Position numbers and translations under genes: made by a program. From assembly GCF_001194135.2 (NCBI RefSeq), contig NC_068989.1, positions 51,936,986 to 52,000,985 of the forward strand: a stretch of 64,000 nucleotides of DNA. The letters run 5' to 3'. Numbering within the stretch: position 1 is the stretch's first letter; each line of letters starts with the position of its first letter. Positions 26,005-38,949 of this stretch are shown in pieces. The DNA comes from Octopus bimaculoides (lineage: Eukaryota). The notes below the pieces were generated by a model, which made no database searches, was not told the origin of the DNA, and saw only the letters and a program-made list of their open reading frames with translations.

Positions 26005-28592
26005 TATTAAAATACATTCAGGCGTTTTTGTCGCTTTTCTTTAAATTTTGACAGAAAAACTCCCCGAAATCAACTCTATTTTTCAGTCAGCCTGGGAGGA
26101 ACAAGTTACTCATATTATTGTGAGGGTAGTTATATAAACTTATGCCGGCCTGAATTTGTTATAAGGTGTTAATTATTAAGAGATAGAATATTAATTTGCT
26201 TAATTTCTACAATAATAGTATAATTCTCTGCTCTATTATATTTCTGCTCTACGAGTCATATTCCGGCTCATTTTTCTTGCCAAAAAAATGAATATACGAA
26301 GATCACTTAACTGACGACAGGAATTGGAGTCATTGATGTTGATAACCGAGGTCATCTTTTAGCATTGTTTTTCAAGAAAGCTTGTTGATTATATATTCGT
26401 CTGATGGAATACGTTCCCACTAACTGGTATTATAAGCTTATAGATTTCGGTCTGACAAATAGAGAGTCATACGTGAAATAATTTGCTTAAATTATTTCAG
26501 TTTCGAATAAGGCTACCTCTTTTGTGTCCACAAAGTGGGAGAATTTGTGAATAGCTTATTAAGCAATTTATGATTAAATTAATTAATGTAATGTAAAATG
26601 CCACCGAAGATTGTGTGATTTACTGAAGAAAGAATTTTCCTTGTTCAATAAACTTTCTGAAAACTTGATATGAACATATATTGCTAGGCAAGATTTTTTT
26701 TTTTTTTGTAGTTGTTTCAGTGCCGAAAGTTGGAGAATGTTTACATAAAATTAATGCCAAAATATCATTTAAAATTTTTTTAAAGCGAATGCAAAATCTA
26801 AGAGTAACTGCATCCTAGACTTACATAGATTAGCAAATTTGAACTTAAAATTACTTGTATCTATGGAATCCCGTTGTGCTCTAAGCCTTTTCAGACATGT
26901 TAATGGTCAATGTTACAACAAATTTCCTCATTCGCATTGGAATATATGCTTTTCATTCTTCTGTTTGAAATTTTGCTTCTTTATTAATATATTGTTGGAT
27001 AGTGATATCAGCAATAAACAATAAACAAGAGTAACTAATTGTTCTTTGAAGTTTTACTATGCTTTTAAGATCCCACTTGCAACAGATATTTTCTTAATAT
27101 TTTATAGTGTATGCCACAGGTTGAAATAAAATATAAGTGTATGTCAGTGGAAGAAAGTCGTCTAGTATTTAAGATTTTTGACCCATGATCATAACTTCAT
27201 CGTAGGTTCCAGTACTACATGGATTAGGATGTACCGTTGGACAAATAAATTCGTTGGCAATAGTCGGCTTTAAGTAGACGTAATGCAGACAATCAGGGTT
27301 CTGCAGCCTCAGATTTCCTATTTTGTTGTCACATTTTGGATGCTCTATTTGGTGATAGAGGAGGGTGGAGTGTCGGTATTTATGTCTCTTGTAATAATAT
27401 TAGCAACTAATACAATTAGAGGCGATAAGCTCCATGGAACCAATGCATGCTTACGGCTGCTTATATTTAGATATCTAATATCATCTGCATATAACAATAT
27501 ATCTTTTTTAAATCGTAGATATTCTACTGTGAAAATACCTTCCTATAAATCCACTTCAGTACAAACTTTTGCTTGTTAATGTAAAATTCACTGAAACAAG
27601 CAAGGATAATACAATATTGGTTGCCTTGAGATACTCCAGTATTTACGCTTACACTTGGACGACATCAAATTAATATTCTATAATGCAAATGAAAACACAG
27701 GAATTTAAATATAGATAGAAGGCGATATTTCCATGTAGGAAAACTGCATGCAGACGGATAATTGGGAATGCACAGTGCCAGATTTAAATGTTAATAGAAA
27801 ATAGGGTACATTCCTCAAATGGACTTAATTCGACTGATGAAGACTTCGAAACGAAGAGATTGTGTATTGTATCATGATACCTCAGGGTTAATTAAATTTA
27901 CATTACTAATGAACTTAAATCAACTGTGATTGTCTGTAGTTCAGTATAAAATATCGTAGTAAAAGAAAAAGAAATAGATGCAAAAGGAGTACCTGTGAAA
28001 GACATTTTCGTGCACAAATTTCTACGTTGAATGCAGAATGCCATGAAATTTGGTGTTGATTAATTCCTAATCATAACACCTTTGTAGCAGAATAGGTCTA
28101 TGATATTACTCGAGTCAAACATGGACCAACGGCCAAATGACACTAGCAGAAGTATATAGTGTACAACTTCATTATATATCTTAATAACTTAGTCAGTATG
28201 ATTTTAAATGGTAATTTGTATTTCTATATGAGTTGTAATTATGATTTTGCGTTGCATAATATTACGTCACCAAGTTCAACGGTGGAGTAAATTTTTTTCC
28301 TTAAGTTTGTATAAAACATAGTGCCAACTGGTCTGTGGATTAGAAGCATTGCTAAGTCATTCGACCAAAGAATTTGCAGTTTTGTTACGGCAGTATACAT
28401 TTTGATTACCCATTCAATTATTGAATAATCATTTATGTATAATCGACGAGACAGAGAGCTATAAACGTATAAAGGAAACAAAAATGAGACCACATACATA
28501 TACTCTCTCAACATGCTTAATTTAGAATCTGTGATCTTCTCACTTCTTATACTTGTCTACAAGGTACCTAATTTTCAATCCTCTAAGTTGAT

Positions 28593-29073
28593 ATGTCTTG
28601 AGTGAAGAGGCAGTAACACGCATTAATATCATCGCTTTCGCTATCACATGCTTAAGTTTGTCAAGTGCATCAAAGTAGACCGACGCGTAGACTGGCATAA
28701 ATGACAGAAAAGAATTCCCTCTGCTATAATTGTTAAAATGTGTACTGCAGTTTCATAGTTAGGTATTAATTACGACTAAATTTGCACTCACACTTTTCAT
28801 TTCTTTGGCAGATGCAGTGTATCATTATATAGTATTTGATGAGTAAGTCATATACAAGTATTTGCCAAGCAAGATTATTTCCCAGTCACTATAGTTAGGA
28901 GTAGGTAATCGTGCGGAGACAGAGAATTCTTGCCATTATCCACTAAAAGCAAATTCATGAGCATTAAGGAAGATGTATCTAGGAAAATTGTGGTATTCTA
29001 TTTCAAATACGTTGTAACTACAGTTGATGTCTTGAGTGAAGAGGCAGTAACACGCATTAATATCATCGCTTTC
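28593..29073. repeat. 47-bp exact direct repeat (28593-28639 and 29027-29073)
   Basis: ATGTCTTGAGTGAAGAGGCAGTAACACGCATTAATATCATCGCTTTC appears twice; similarity extends to AGTTGAT upstream and ATCACAT downstream. Confidence 0.95.
28812..28842 (+). CDS. Candidate 31-nt micro-exon ((D)AVYHYIVFD(E))
   Basis: Strong acceptor CACTTTTCATTTCTTTGGCAG and donor GTAAGT at 28843. Only one frame is open. Confidence 0.25.
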
Positions 29074-29292
29074 ACGATCACATATTATTAAATAATAATG
29101 ATATTGCTAAATTTAGAAAGCGCTCTGATTTAAGCATTCGAAGCATTCGAAGAAGGTATTAAATGAATAGGAAAATTAAGTACAATTTGTTCTAGTATTA
29201 TGTGACTTGTGTGTATCACTTGTGTTTGTGTGTAACTGCGTGATGTACGTCCATTGTAAGTGTGCGTATTGAAAGATAGATATATAAATAGA

Positions 29293-29293
29293 T

Positions 29294-29339
<46 letters not shown>

Positions 29340-30905
29340 NNNNNNNNNNNNNNNNNNNNNNNNNNNNNNNNNNNNNNNNNNNNNNNNNNNNNNNNNNNNN
29401 NNNNNNNNNNNNNNNNNNNNNNNNNNNNNNNNNNNNNNNNNNNNNNNNNNNNNNNNNNNNNNNNNNNNNNNNNNNNNNNNNNNNNNNNNNNNNNNNNNNN
29501 NNNNNNNNNNNNNNNNNNNNNNNNNNNNNNNNNNNNNNNNNNNNNNNNNNNNNNNNNNNNNNNNNNNNNNNNNNNNNNNNNNNNNNNNNNNNNNNNNNNN
29601 NNNNNNNNNNNNNNNNNNNNNNNNNNNNNNNNNNNNNNNNNNNNNNNNNNNNNNNNNNNNNNNNNNNNNNNNNNNNNNNNNNNNNNNNNNNNNNNNNNNN
29701 NNNNNNNNNNNNNNNNNNNNNNNNNNNNNNNNNNNNNNNNNNNNNNNNNNNNNNNNNNNNNNNNNNNNNNNNNNNNNNNNNNNNNNNNNNNNNNNNNNNN
29801 NNNNNNNNNNNNNNNNNNNNNNNNNNNNNNNNNNNNNNNNNNNNNNNNNNNNNNNNNNNNNNNNNNNNNNNNNNNNNNNNNNNNNNNNNNNNNNNNNNNN
29901 NNNNNNNNNNNNNNNNNNNNNNNNNNNNNNNNNNNNNNNCTCCTAATATGATGCAAATCCCTTTTTTGCGTTCGGAAACAAGAGGGTAGGGCGACGGGGA
30001 CCTTCATCCCGGAATCATTGGGATTTGTTTTGTTTTCGTTGAATAAATTCCTGTGAACTCCTAATATGCTGCAAAACCCTTTTTGTGGTCCGAAAAACGG
30101 GGTGAAGTGGAAACCACGGAAATTTTACCCACTCCTAACATTTTACAGAAATAAATTTTCCAGAATGTGACATACATATGTATGTATATATATAATAGCG
30201 TGCAAACTTTCTCCAATGCAGATCTTTGATGCTGCATATCTTCAATGCGCCCTGACTGATAGTAACCCTGGGAGGGGTTAGAACTAGATCGGGATTAGTT
30301 GCTGTCTTTTAGAGGCTCCCGAGCCTCCCTTCGCTAGGTTAGCTTAGGCTTAGGTTAAGGCTTAATTGTGATCCGCCCATAACTTCTTCTGACACAGAGA
30401 ATCGGGACCCCTTTTGAGAGTTCTATTTTCCTTGCCGGAAGGACACCCAAGCCATCGGCCAAGGGGGTTTAGATAATGTGGGTGGTGGTTTCGAAAGGGC
30501 CGGTATGTGTATGCTGATCACCACTGCTGGTCAAACTTCCAACCCATGCGTTCCCGTCGCAACACTGACTCTGCGGAACTGGGGTGGGTGTGAAAACGAA
30601 CATTAAAATATAAATATAGATTATTTGAATCAGCAATGTTGTGTTCGGTTAAGTTCTCTTTGGGGTGAAAAAATCAATGCACTGATTCCTTATGGGGTTT
30701 TCCATTCAACCAGCATGAAAAATTGATATACCGATTCCTTATGGGATTTTCGCAATCAAATTGTCAGCAACCCATTTTCAGTCAAATGTTTACCAATTTC
30801 AACGGATTCGCACAAATTTCACTTCGGTGTTAAATTCGACATAAAGTTCTTGATTAGCTTAATAATCCTAACTTACTCCCGGGCAACGCCGGGCTATAGT
30901 GCTAG
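29293..30905 (+). mobile_element. Non-autonomous Helitron-like element (spans an N-gap)
   Basis: 3' hairpin CCCGG-GCAACG-CCGGG (30878-30893) followed by CTAG (30902-30905) and T. Putative 5' A|TC at 29292/29293 before a (TA)n run. No TSD or TIR. The 5' assignment is inferred across the gap. Confidence 0.6.
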
Positions 30906-31602
30906 TGTATANNNNNNNNNNNNNNNNNNNNNNNNNNNNNNNNNNNNNNNNNNNNNNNNNNNNNNNNNNNNNNNNNNNNNNNNNNNNNNNNNNNNNNNNN
31001 NNNNNNNNNNNNNNNNNNNNNNNNNNNNNNNNNNNNTATATATATATATATATATATATATATTAGGTCTAAGTATATACATATGTAGATGTTTGCACGT
31101 GTGCGATAAATCATACGATATTTTAAATAATCCTAGCAGGAATGCAAATGAAAACACATCTATACCAAAATTATATGATACACAAACCAGCATTTCTATT
31201 GGTAATACGGAATTTTTGATTGCATAAATATGTAAGATTTCAGGATCAATGAGGTATATATTTCTCTCATGAATGTAAAATGTGTATAGATATACATATT
31301 GAAACATAGAATAAGGGGCGTATTCAGTGTTTCTTTGAATCCCTTATCAGAAATCTACACATTATACATAGAGTCGATGTTTTGTTGCTATTTCCGAACG
31401 CATACCATCAGATTAATACAGAACATATTAAATATATAATATTGAATGAATAAATCTGTGATGAATGTTTCTTTCCTTCGATAATTTGAACCTCTTACAA
31501 CAACGTACAATATATATGAAAGCCTGAAATAATTCAGTTATAACCTGTATCTTCTTCGCTCTCTCATTATAGTCGGCATTCCTGAATTTTCCTAATTTGT
31601 TT

Positions 31603-31750
31603 CAACGTGATCATCATCGTTATCGTTGCTGTCATCATTGTCTTCATTATCATCGTCATCGTCATCGTCGTCGTCGTCGTCATCGTCGTTATCATCATCA
31701 TCAACATCATCATCATCAACATCATCATCATCATCAACATCATCATCACA
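31603..31750 (+). repeat. Imperfect (CAT/CGT)n trinucleotide repeat
   Basis: Direct reading. Confidence 0.9.
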
Positions 31751-31965
31751 ACAAATAAAACTGTTAGAAAAGTCCTAATACCGGACTACAACGAGTAATG
31801 TTAGACGCAACAGCCTTTTTAACTATCTTAGCTATCCCCGATAACATTGCTTTCTTGAGCTGAAGTAAACTAGGTTTTATTCCTATTTCTTCTACCCATC
31901 TGTTAAAAGGGATAATTCCTAATACAGGAATAGATTTTATCCGTAGACTGTATTCATTTTAAAGT

Positions 31966-32004
<39 letters not shown>

Positions 32005-32005
<1 letters not shown>

Positions 32006-32135
32006 GTCTTGCCTGCTCGATTAAAAGAGGGCGGCAGAGTAATCATCACAATGGCGTCGGATGACAGACGGATCCGTTCCGTACGCAGCAATAGCTGTTT
32101 GACATAACTCCACAAGTCAGCAATTACCGGACACT
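32005..32135 (-). mobile_element. Short Tx1/L1-clade LINE C-terminal fragment
   Basis: QCPVIADLWSYVKQLLLRTERIRLSSDAIVMITLPP resembles the region after the Tx1 C-terminal zinc finger; joined to a (TAG)n run. Confidence 0.55.
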
Positions 32136-32229
32136 GTATATAAAATACAAAAATGGGAGAAAAACACACAACATCCAGACAATACGAGATACAAAAAAGG
32201 GGACAACAAAACATCCAGATAAACAATAC

Positions 32230-32545
32230 AAAGAAAACAAGGACGGGTCATTCGGAGTTTTCTATCCTAGGTCGAGTTCCAGATTATTTTTGCAATTTCG
32301 GCTGGTCATACCCTAGATTGCTCCAATCCGGCCAGCTCCAAGGAAAAACTAAGCTAAGAACATTAGAGTCCTTGGAAGAAAGCAGCGAATGTATACAAAA
32401 ACAAGGACGAAAGAAAACAGAGAAATGTTACACAAATACAAATGCAATTAACAGGACATAACAACAAGTGTCTTTCGACTAAGGATAAATTGAATTAAGC
32501 TGGCGTGTGTGGAGGTAAAGCCTTACGGTAGGGACATAACCTTTA
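32230..32545. repeat. Unnamed interspersed repeat, copy 1 (copy 2 at about 43395-43950)
   Basis: Colinear blocks shared between copies: TTTCGGC.GGT, CTAAGCTAAGA, GGAAGAAAG, AAATGTTACAC, ATAACAACA, TCTTTCGACTAA, AAGCCTT. Confidence 0.7.
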
Positions 32546-34770
32546 ACAGGCGCAGGGAGGAATATAGATGTTGCACGGATGGTAGCCTAACCAAGAAATA
32601 AAGGTCAGGCCCGGTCAAACACTGGTCACTTGGTGAGAGAAGAGAGAGAGGTAGAGGCAGAGGGATAGAAGAATTAAGGACGGGCGACAAAAATATGGAA
32701 GCGATACAGTGAAGTGAAAGGGGAGGGAAAGTGAGCATGAAGAGAAGGCCAGGAAATGTGAGAGAGGGGGAACGAAAGAACGAAGAGTGGAATGAACGAA
32801 GTGTGAAAGGGCTGATAGAAAGAAGGACAGAATAATAGAGTCGTACAAAATTTAGATATATATATACTTACATATAAGAGACCAAAGTGTACGTACGCCG
32901 GTATATTTTATTTATAAAGAGAAAAAAAAAACTAAATGCTTGGGGTTTCTTTCCTATTAAGCAACGTTTTTAGTTTTATACCTGATATGCGTATTGTAAT
33001 AACGTATATAAAAAAAATGACAGTGTCACAGCATAAGACGATGGGTGCTACCTGCATTGCCTGTTTTTTCAAAAGTTCTTGGATTATAAGTTCATTGACC
33101 ATAAAATGCTGGGCAATGTTTGTGTATACCAAAGATAGTTTTCGCAAGAAAATTGATAGATTAATTTAAGATATGAATACATTATTCATTTATCTATGTA
33201 GGGAGGATAATATTCAGTTAGTTAATTAGACATTAATTTCTCAAACTACCTTATTATCATAAGCCTTTCTGCATTCTAATTTTTGCTTTTAATATCACAC
33301 AAATTTACTAACATCTTTCTCTCTCACTCATTATCATTGCTATAAATATCTCGATCCAAAATTGCAGAAAAGTTTCCCTCTAAAACACAGTAACTTAAAA
33401 ATGTTTATCTCTTTATCAAGTTAGAAATATTATAGACGTAGTGTGGAAATAAATACAATAGATAAGCTAACAAGTTGGCAGGACCTATACATGAAATCCA
33501 ACCATATATTAATACCCGCCATTCTTTTCTCTATAACACCAAATAGAAAATAACTATGATTTTGTATTTCTCTATTATGCCTATAAAATAGCACGAGAAG
33601 GTACAATAAAATACACGAAACGGTATGTATACTGGATTGCAGTAGATGTGACAAAATGAAAGAAAAAATGAACGTGATTTGATATCATGCTAAGGGGAGG
33701 GGAATGATTAGTTTTGTAGTTTGCTGTGACAAGATTGAATCTGTCATATAGCGATTATAGAATATTTCCATTCTGCGGAAACTGTAAGATTTCAGTGTAC
33801 TGTCAGAAGCATTTGATATGGATGCACTCTATATCGACCGGGAGGCTAAAATTAATCTATCTGTTCAAGTTCTTTCTATTCATCCTGTAAACCATCCATG
33901 CATACATGCACACACACGGACACACACACACACACACACACACATGTGTGTGTATGTGTGTGTGTGTGTGCGTGTGTGTGTGCGTGTGTGTGTGTGTGTG
34001 TACGTACGTGTTTGTGTGTGTGTGTGTGTGTATGACTGGGGACACAACAGATTAATGATTTGAAAAGAATAACGCTAGATTGATAGAGTGAGGTACGAAT
34101 TGTAAGATAGCGAGAGAGAAAAAAGATGAAATAGTTATTTTTGCCAACAGAACATCATGCAATCCTGAAATTGGCAAAGAATTTGTCTGCTGTCAAAACC
34201 TTTATCAATGAATTATTCAAATAGATGTGCGGAGTTGCTTTGGGTTAGATAATAATGCAACAGAAAATAATAATGTATTTATTACGATGTTGCATAAAAG
34301 TTGAAAGTAAAAACCAAACACATAACATTATAATACCGATTTTTAATAAATAGAAAATAATTACTTAATAATATTTAACATAAAATCGTTCGTTAACTCA
34401 GTCTTAATAAGATAGTTCGCTAATCAGACACACAAATGAAGTTATGCTATTCGTATCGTAAAATGCTATTATTGATGTTCAAATGGATACAAGGACACAC
34501 ATGATTTTAGAAAAAACAACTGAAAAGGTTACCATCAATGCTTGATTGAAAAATGCAATCCATGTTTTGTCTGCAGCTCTATTAAGCTATCGATGGTATT
34601 CCTAAAATATAATAGATATAAAATTGTCCCTAACAATATGAAAATTATTCCAAATATTTCTGCACAACATAATACACTTCAGGCATGTGTGTGCGTATTT
34701 GTGTGTGTGTGTGTATGTGCCTGTGAGCGCGCGCACAAGTGTTTGCGTGAGTGTCTGTGTGTGTGTGTGT

Positions 34771-34817
<47 letters not shown>

Positions 34818-34899
34818 AACGCATCTTACACATGATGTGGGGGATGCAGAATTGCACTTACCGGAATATGTTGCATTACGAATGGACAGAAGAGAAAGC

Positions 34900-35740
34900 A
34901 GCTACTCAATATGTGGCACTGAAAAGACAAGTAGTTATTGTTATATATACTATACAGTGCCCACCAGATGCTTTTGATGACACAGACCAGTTTGATGACT
35001 GCCTCGCAAAAATAGAAGTTCTCACGAAACGGGAACAACACGTCAGTGTATTCCTTGTGTGTTACTTCAACTTCTCCAAAGTGGAGGTCCGATGATCTCA
35101 TTGCTGTGAGGAATGACACTGCCAACATGTACAGAGGGAGACCCGGCCCTGCCTTACCAACGCTTTGCTCATGGAGCAAATTGAACTCCAAACACATCGG
35201 GTAAATAATATACTGGGTTTGTGCCTCAAAAATAATATGGATAACATCCGCAATGTAAAACGGATAACAATACAAGTCTCGGATCATAATATAAGAGAGC
35301 TGCAGCATATATGAAGCATATATGAGGCATATATGAAGCAACTAAAATCTCTTCAAACTTGAAATCGATTCACAAAGAGGTACTCAAACCGGATTAAGTA
35401 CCTTTTCAGAGCTTCCTTGCAAGTGGTAAGCTCCCAGGCAGATTGGAGTAGCGAAACGATATGCCCTATCCATAAAGGAGAAAGCAAAGTAGATACTAAA
35501 AATTACTGACCAATCTCCATCACCTTACACATCAACAAAATCATGGAAGAATGTCGGAAGGAAATTAATTCCATTCTTTGATGACGATGACTTGCTAACT
35601 GACATTCATCATGGTATTCGACCAGGTAGAAACTACCTGGCACATCTTTAGAACACTACGACTGGATGTTAAATCAGCTGCTCAACAAATCAAATGCGGA
35701 CGTTATATATCTCGACTTTGCAAAAGGTTTTGTTAAATTC
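34900..35740 (+). mobile_element. CR1-group LINE fragment (AP endonuclease plus RT start, internally deleted)
   Basis: APE remnants (YTIQCPPD, YFNF, NNILGLC, VSDHN), then ICPIHKG..NY*PIS..INKIME, HGIRPGR and ADVIYLDFAKGF (RT domains 1-3). Confidence 0.85.
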
Positions 35741-35825
35741 GACAAAGTGTCACACAGTGGGACTGAACCCGGAACCATGTGGTTGGTGAGCAAGCTACTC
35801 ACCACACAGCCGCTCCTGCGCCTAT
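35741..35825 (-). mobile_element. tRNA-like head of SINE family B
   Basis: Minus strand ATAGGCGCAGGAGCGGCTGTGTGGTGAGTAGCTTGCTCACCAACCACATGGTTCCGGGTTCAGTCCCACTG, with A-box and B-box (GGTTCAGTCCC). Confidence 0.85.
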
Positions 35826-36014
35826 GCAAGTGTTAATGTTTCTTTTGTATTTGTAATTATTATTGATGTATCAGCGAAAGACCGAGACGATGCAGCAATG
35901 TGTGTGTATATACATATATAGAGTGCTTGCTTGGATATGGATGGATCTGGTATTAATATGTGATCAAAATTTTACTTACATGTGTGCAGCTTTCGTATAT
36001 TCATTAGTCTTGTT

Positions 36015-36410
36015 TTTATGACATGCTTTCATTGCACCACCTTGGGTACGTGCTGTGGTTCGCATTGGCGTTATTTTGCTCTTTGCCTAGTAGTACTATT
36101 TTCTGTATGTTGTATATATTTGTAAGTCCTGGTGTTTTTGCTATGGGTCTATATGTATATTTTTAACCATTACTAATGCATATATTATTATAGGGTTTGT
36201 TCTATTTTTAGGCTCTGCATCCAGGCTATATCTATTTCCAGCTACTTGTATTTTGAGAGTTCCTCTGTTTCTTTTAGAGACATATTGTTCTCTGTTGGGA
36301 TGAATACGTCGTATCGAACGCATTTTTCCTTGAGTATCGTTGCTTTGTCATTTTCTAGTATCTTTTTATGGGATATGCCTATATTATCTTTTTTTCTGTT
36401 GTCATTCCAT
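36015..36410 (-). mobile_element. RLE-LINE (R4/Dong-like) 3' fragment with internal deletion
   Basis: Minus strand LENDKATIL, DVFIPTENNMSLKETEELSKYK*LEIDI, PIII.AL, KTPGLTNIYNIQKIVLLG. Confidence 0.78.
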
Positions 36411-37392
36411 TGTTATGTCATAGCTTAGTGTGTATATAGGTCTTATCTATAATTGATAATTACACGTGTTAGAAATATCACCGTTTTAAAGTTTTACTAC
36501 TTTTACTATTAGCACTATCAATATTATTAACTGATTTATTAAATTTATTTCAGTAAACTCCCTAGCTGTTTTACTGGTATGTACTGCTACGATTTAATGT
36601 AAGTTTTTCGCCGTAAGAAAATAAAACTTAATTGCATTTCCATTAAGAAATTTGCAGTAATATTAGTGTTTTTTTAGATTATCAAATGATGCATTATACA
36701 AAGTTATATATCTCAATCTAGGGCTTCACTTAACTCCCTTATTATTTCCATAAGTTTTTCATTCTAAGTAAACAAAGCTAGCAGAAGTATGGGTTGGCAT
36801 TTTATAAGCGGTAAGCTATTAAAGAGTTGTAAGCTATTAAAGAAGTGTAATTATACATTATACTCTGCGTCCTTTTAATATCATCTGGAAATTTATTTGG
36901 ACACTTATAAGTGACCAAAATTAAAACAAGCCCCACGAATGAGACGCGAATTCTTTTTCCAGGATTAATCATTTACAGCTGAATGGACTGAAACCTACAG
37001 CAAGGAAGTACTTTTGTCAAAAGCCCAATGCCTCATTCGATCCTTGATTTAACACCACGATCTGGCACCCTCACCACAGGATCACAAGACTACCGTTCTA
37101 CCTGATATTGGCCTCCTAATTTAATAATTTTACATTCAATATTGTAAACATATATCTCTTTCCCCATGTCATTCTCAAAAACTTTTATTCCCTTCATCAA
37201 AGACTATCACACGAAATACGATCACTCCTGTTACTTTCTTTGGTGCAATAATCTTAATTGCGCACATTAATGTTTTGTTTTCGCTTTCTATTTCTCGGTT
37301 AAGCCAGGTACACACGTTCAATTGTCTGTCTCCATGCATTGTTCCTTTGATTTTTTTTATTTATGTATTTATCTTTTGTTCTTGATACACAA

Positions 37393-37464
<72 letters not shown>

Positions 37465-37755
37465 NNNNNNNNNNNNNNNNNNNNNNNNNNNNNNNNNNNN
37501 NNNNNNNNNNNNNNNNNNNNNNNNNNNNNNNNNNNNNNNNNNNNNNNNNNNNNNNNNNNNNNNNNNNNNNNNNNNNNNNNNNNNNNNNNNNNNNNNNNNN
37601 NNNNNNNNNNNNNNNNNNNNNNNNNNNNNNNNNNNNNNNNNNNNNNNNNNNNNNNNNNNNNNNNNNNNNNNNNNNNNNNNNNNNNNNNNNNNNNNNNNNN
37701 NNNNNNNNNNNNNNNNNNNNNNNNNNNNNNNNNNNNNNNNNNNNNNNNNNNNNNN

Positions 37756-37847
<92 letters not shown>

Positions 37848-38474
37848 AGTGTATATATATGTCTCTGTGTGAATATATAATTACATCAATGAGCTTCTCA
37901 TTGCATGTATATATGATGAGTTTCCAGAAATTTCCTATGCACTGATTATTACTCGCAAACTTTGATTAACTATGTTGTTGTGAAGCTATGATCTTACGCA
38001 TTACAGACAGTTGATCTGAAGAAAGAAAAGAGTTTGAAAACTTCGAGAAAACACAAAAGGTAAATTTGAAAACTTCTACTAGACTTCGGTTTTCTAAGCG
38101 TCTTAGTTTACTGAAGTCACGTATATAACAGAATGAAATAGAATGCAAATTCTAAAACAACCAGGCAAATGTATTTCCAAAATCGATACCTAGAGAATCA
38201 GAGTATTCAGTCATAATACCACTCTCTATATATTTCAACTGAATCAAAACTATCACACGTAGAGATTTGATACATCAATGCTATATTAGTAACGTTACTT
38301 TAAGTGCATTACTGAAAATTACTAAAGCTTGTGGAATGAAAATAATTTACCGATTTTATCTAAATAATCAAGTGCATTCAAATAATGAATACGCAATTCA
38401 TATGAATGCATAGATAGTGTCAAGATATCTTCATGGAGCAACATTGAAACTGGTGATTCAAATAACGACGAGAG

Positions 38475-38600
38475 TAGTGGCAGCAGAAGCAGCAGTAGTG
38501 GTAGTAGTAGTAGTAGTAGTAGTAGCAACAGCAGCAGTAGTGATGGTGGTGGTAGCAGCAGCAGTAGTGATGGTGGTGGTGATAGCAGCAGCAGCAGTAA

Positions 38601-38645
<45 letters not shown>
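38475..38645 (+). repeat. (TAG/CAG/TGG)n compound trinucleotide repeat
   Basis: Direct reading; accounts for the poly-L, poly-V and poly-T ORFs. Confidence 0.93.
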
Positions 38646-38784
38646 GGAAAATTTTGATAAAATCAAACCAGAACTTGGTGGGTACTTTTATTTTCAACAG
38701 CCGGGGAAGTTGATCACGGTTAGATGTGCACTTAGTATCGTAATATCGGAAATCAATATCGCATGCCATTGTTTCAACTTCTCA

Positions 38785-38910
38785 ACATCAATAATCCTTT
38801 GTACCATAGGTAAAAGGTCTGAAATTTTGGGGGTAGAATTTGAACTCAGAACCTAGTGAGGGGCGAAACACCGCTAAGCATTTCGCCCGGCGTGCTAACG
38901 ATTCTGCCAG
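38785..38910 (-). mobile_element. SINE family A copy with the central domain deleted
   Basis: Head (reverse complement of GAATTTGAACTCAGAAC..CCGCTAAGCATTTCGCCCGGCGTGCTAACGATTCTGCCAG) joined directly to the 3' tail (CCTTTGTACCATAGGTAAAAGG). Confidence 0.85.
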
Positions 38911-38949
38911 TGTTGTTTTTATAATGTTATGCTTCAATACAATACTCTT

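Noticed and set aside
27828-27858. CTGATGAAGACTTCGAAACG motif
   Set aside because: Helix II cannot form with a viable loop, and there is no UH triplet or helix I after GAAACG. At best a heavily decayed relic.
9206-29073. CRISPR-like repeat/spacer array (19-bp units; 47-bp repeat pair)
   Set aside because: No unique spacers or regular spacing, no cas genes, and the sequence is eukaryotic.
30334-30360. TTAGG-like repeats as interstitial telomere
   Set aside because: Only about five degenerate units, not TTAGGG, and inside the Helitron-like element.
35741-35825. tRNA gene
   Set aside because: It has A and B boxes but no complete cloverleaf; it is a SINE head.
36360-36385. Plus-strand LWDMPI, a motif typical of RLE LINEs, opposite to the minus-strand LINE fragment
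   Set aside because: The same bases read as YRHIP in the minus-strand LINE frame; an inversion cannot be shown without a consensus.
38015-38058. EERKEFENFEKTQK resembling an integrin-beta tail
   Set aside because: An in-frame TGA lies immediately upstream, there is no suitable acceptor, and no NPxY motif or transmembrane exon was found.
38352-38450. Minus-strand open segment SMLLHEDILTLSMHSYELRIHYLNALDYLDKIG with AG/GT borders
   Set aside because: Adjacent to a trinucleotide repeat, with no motif support; plausibly chance.
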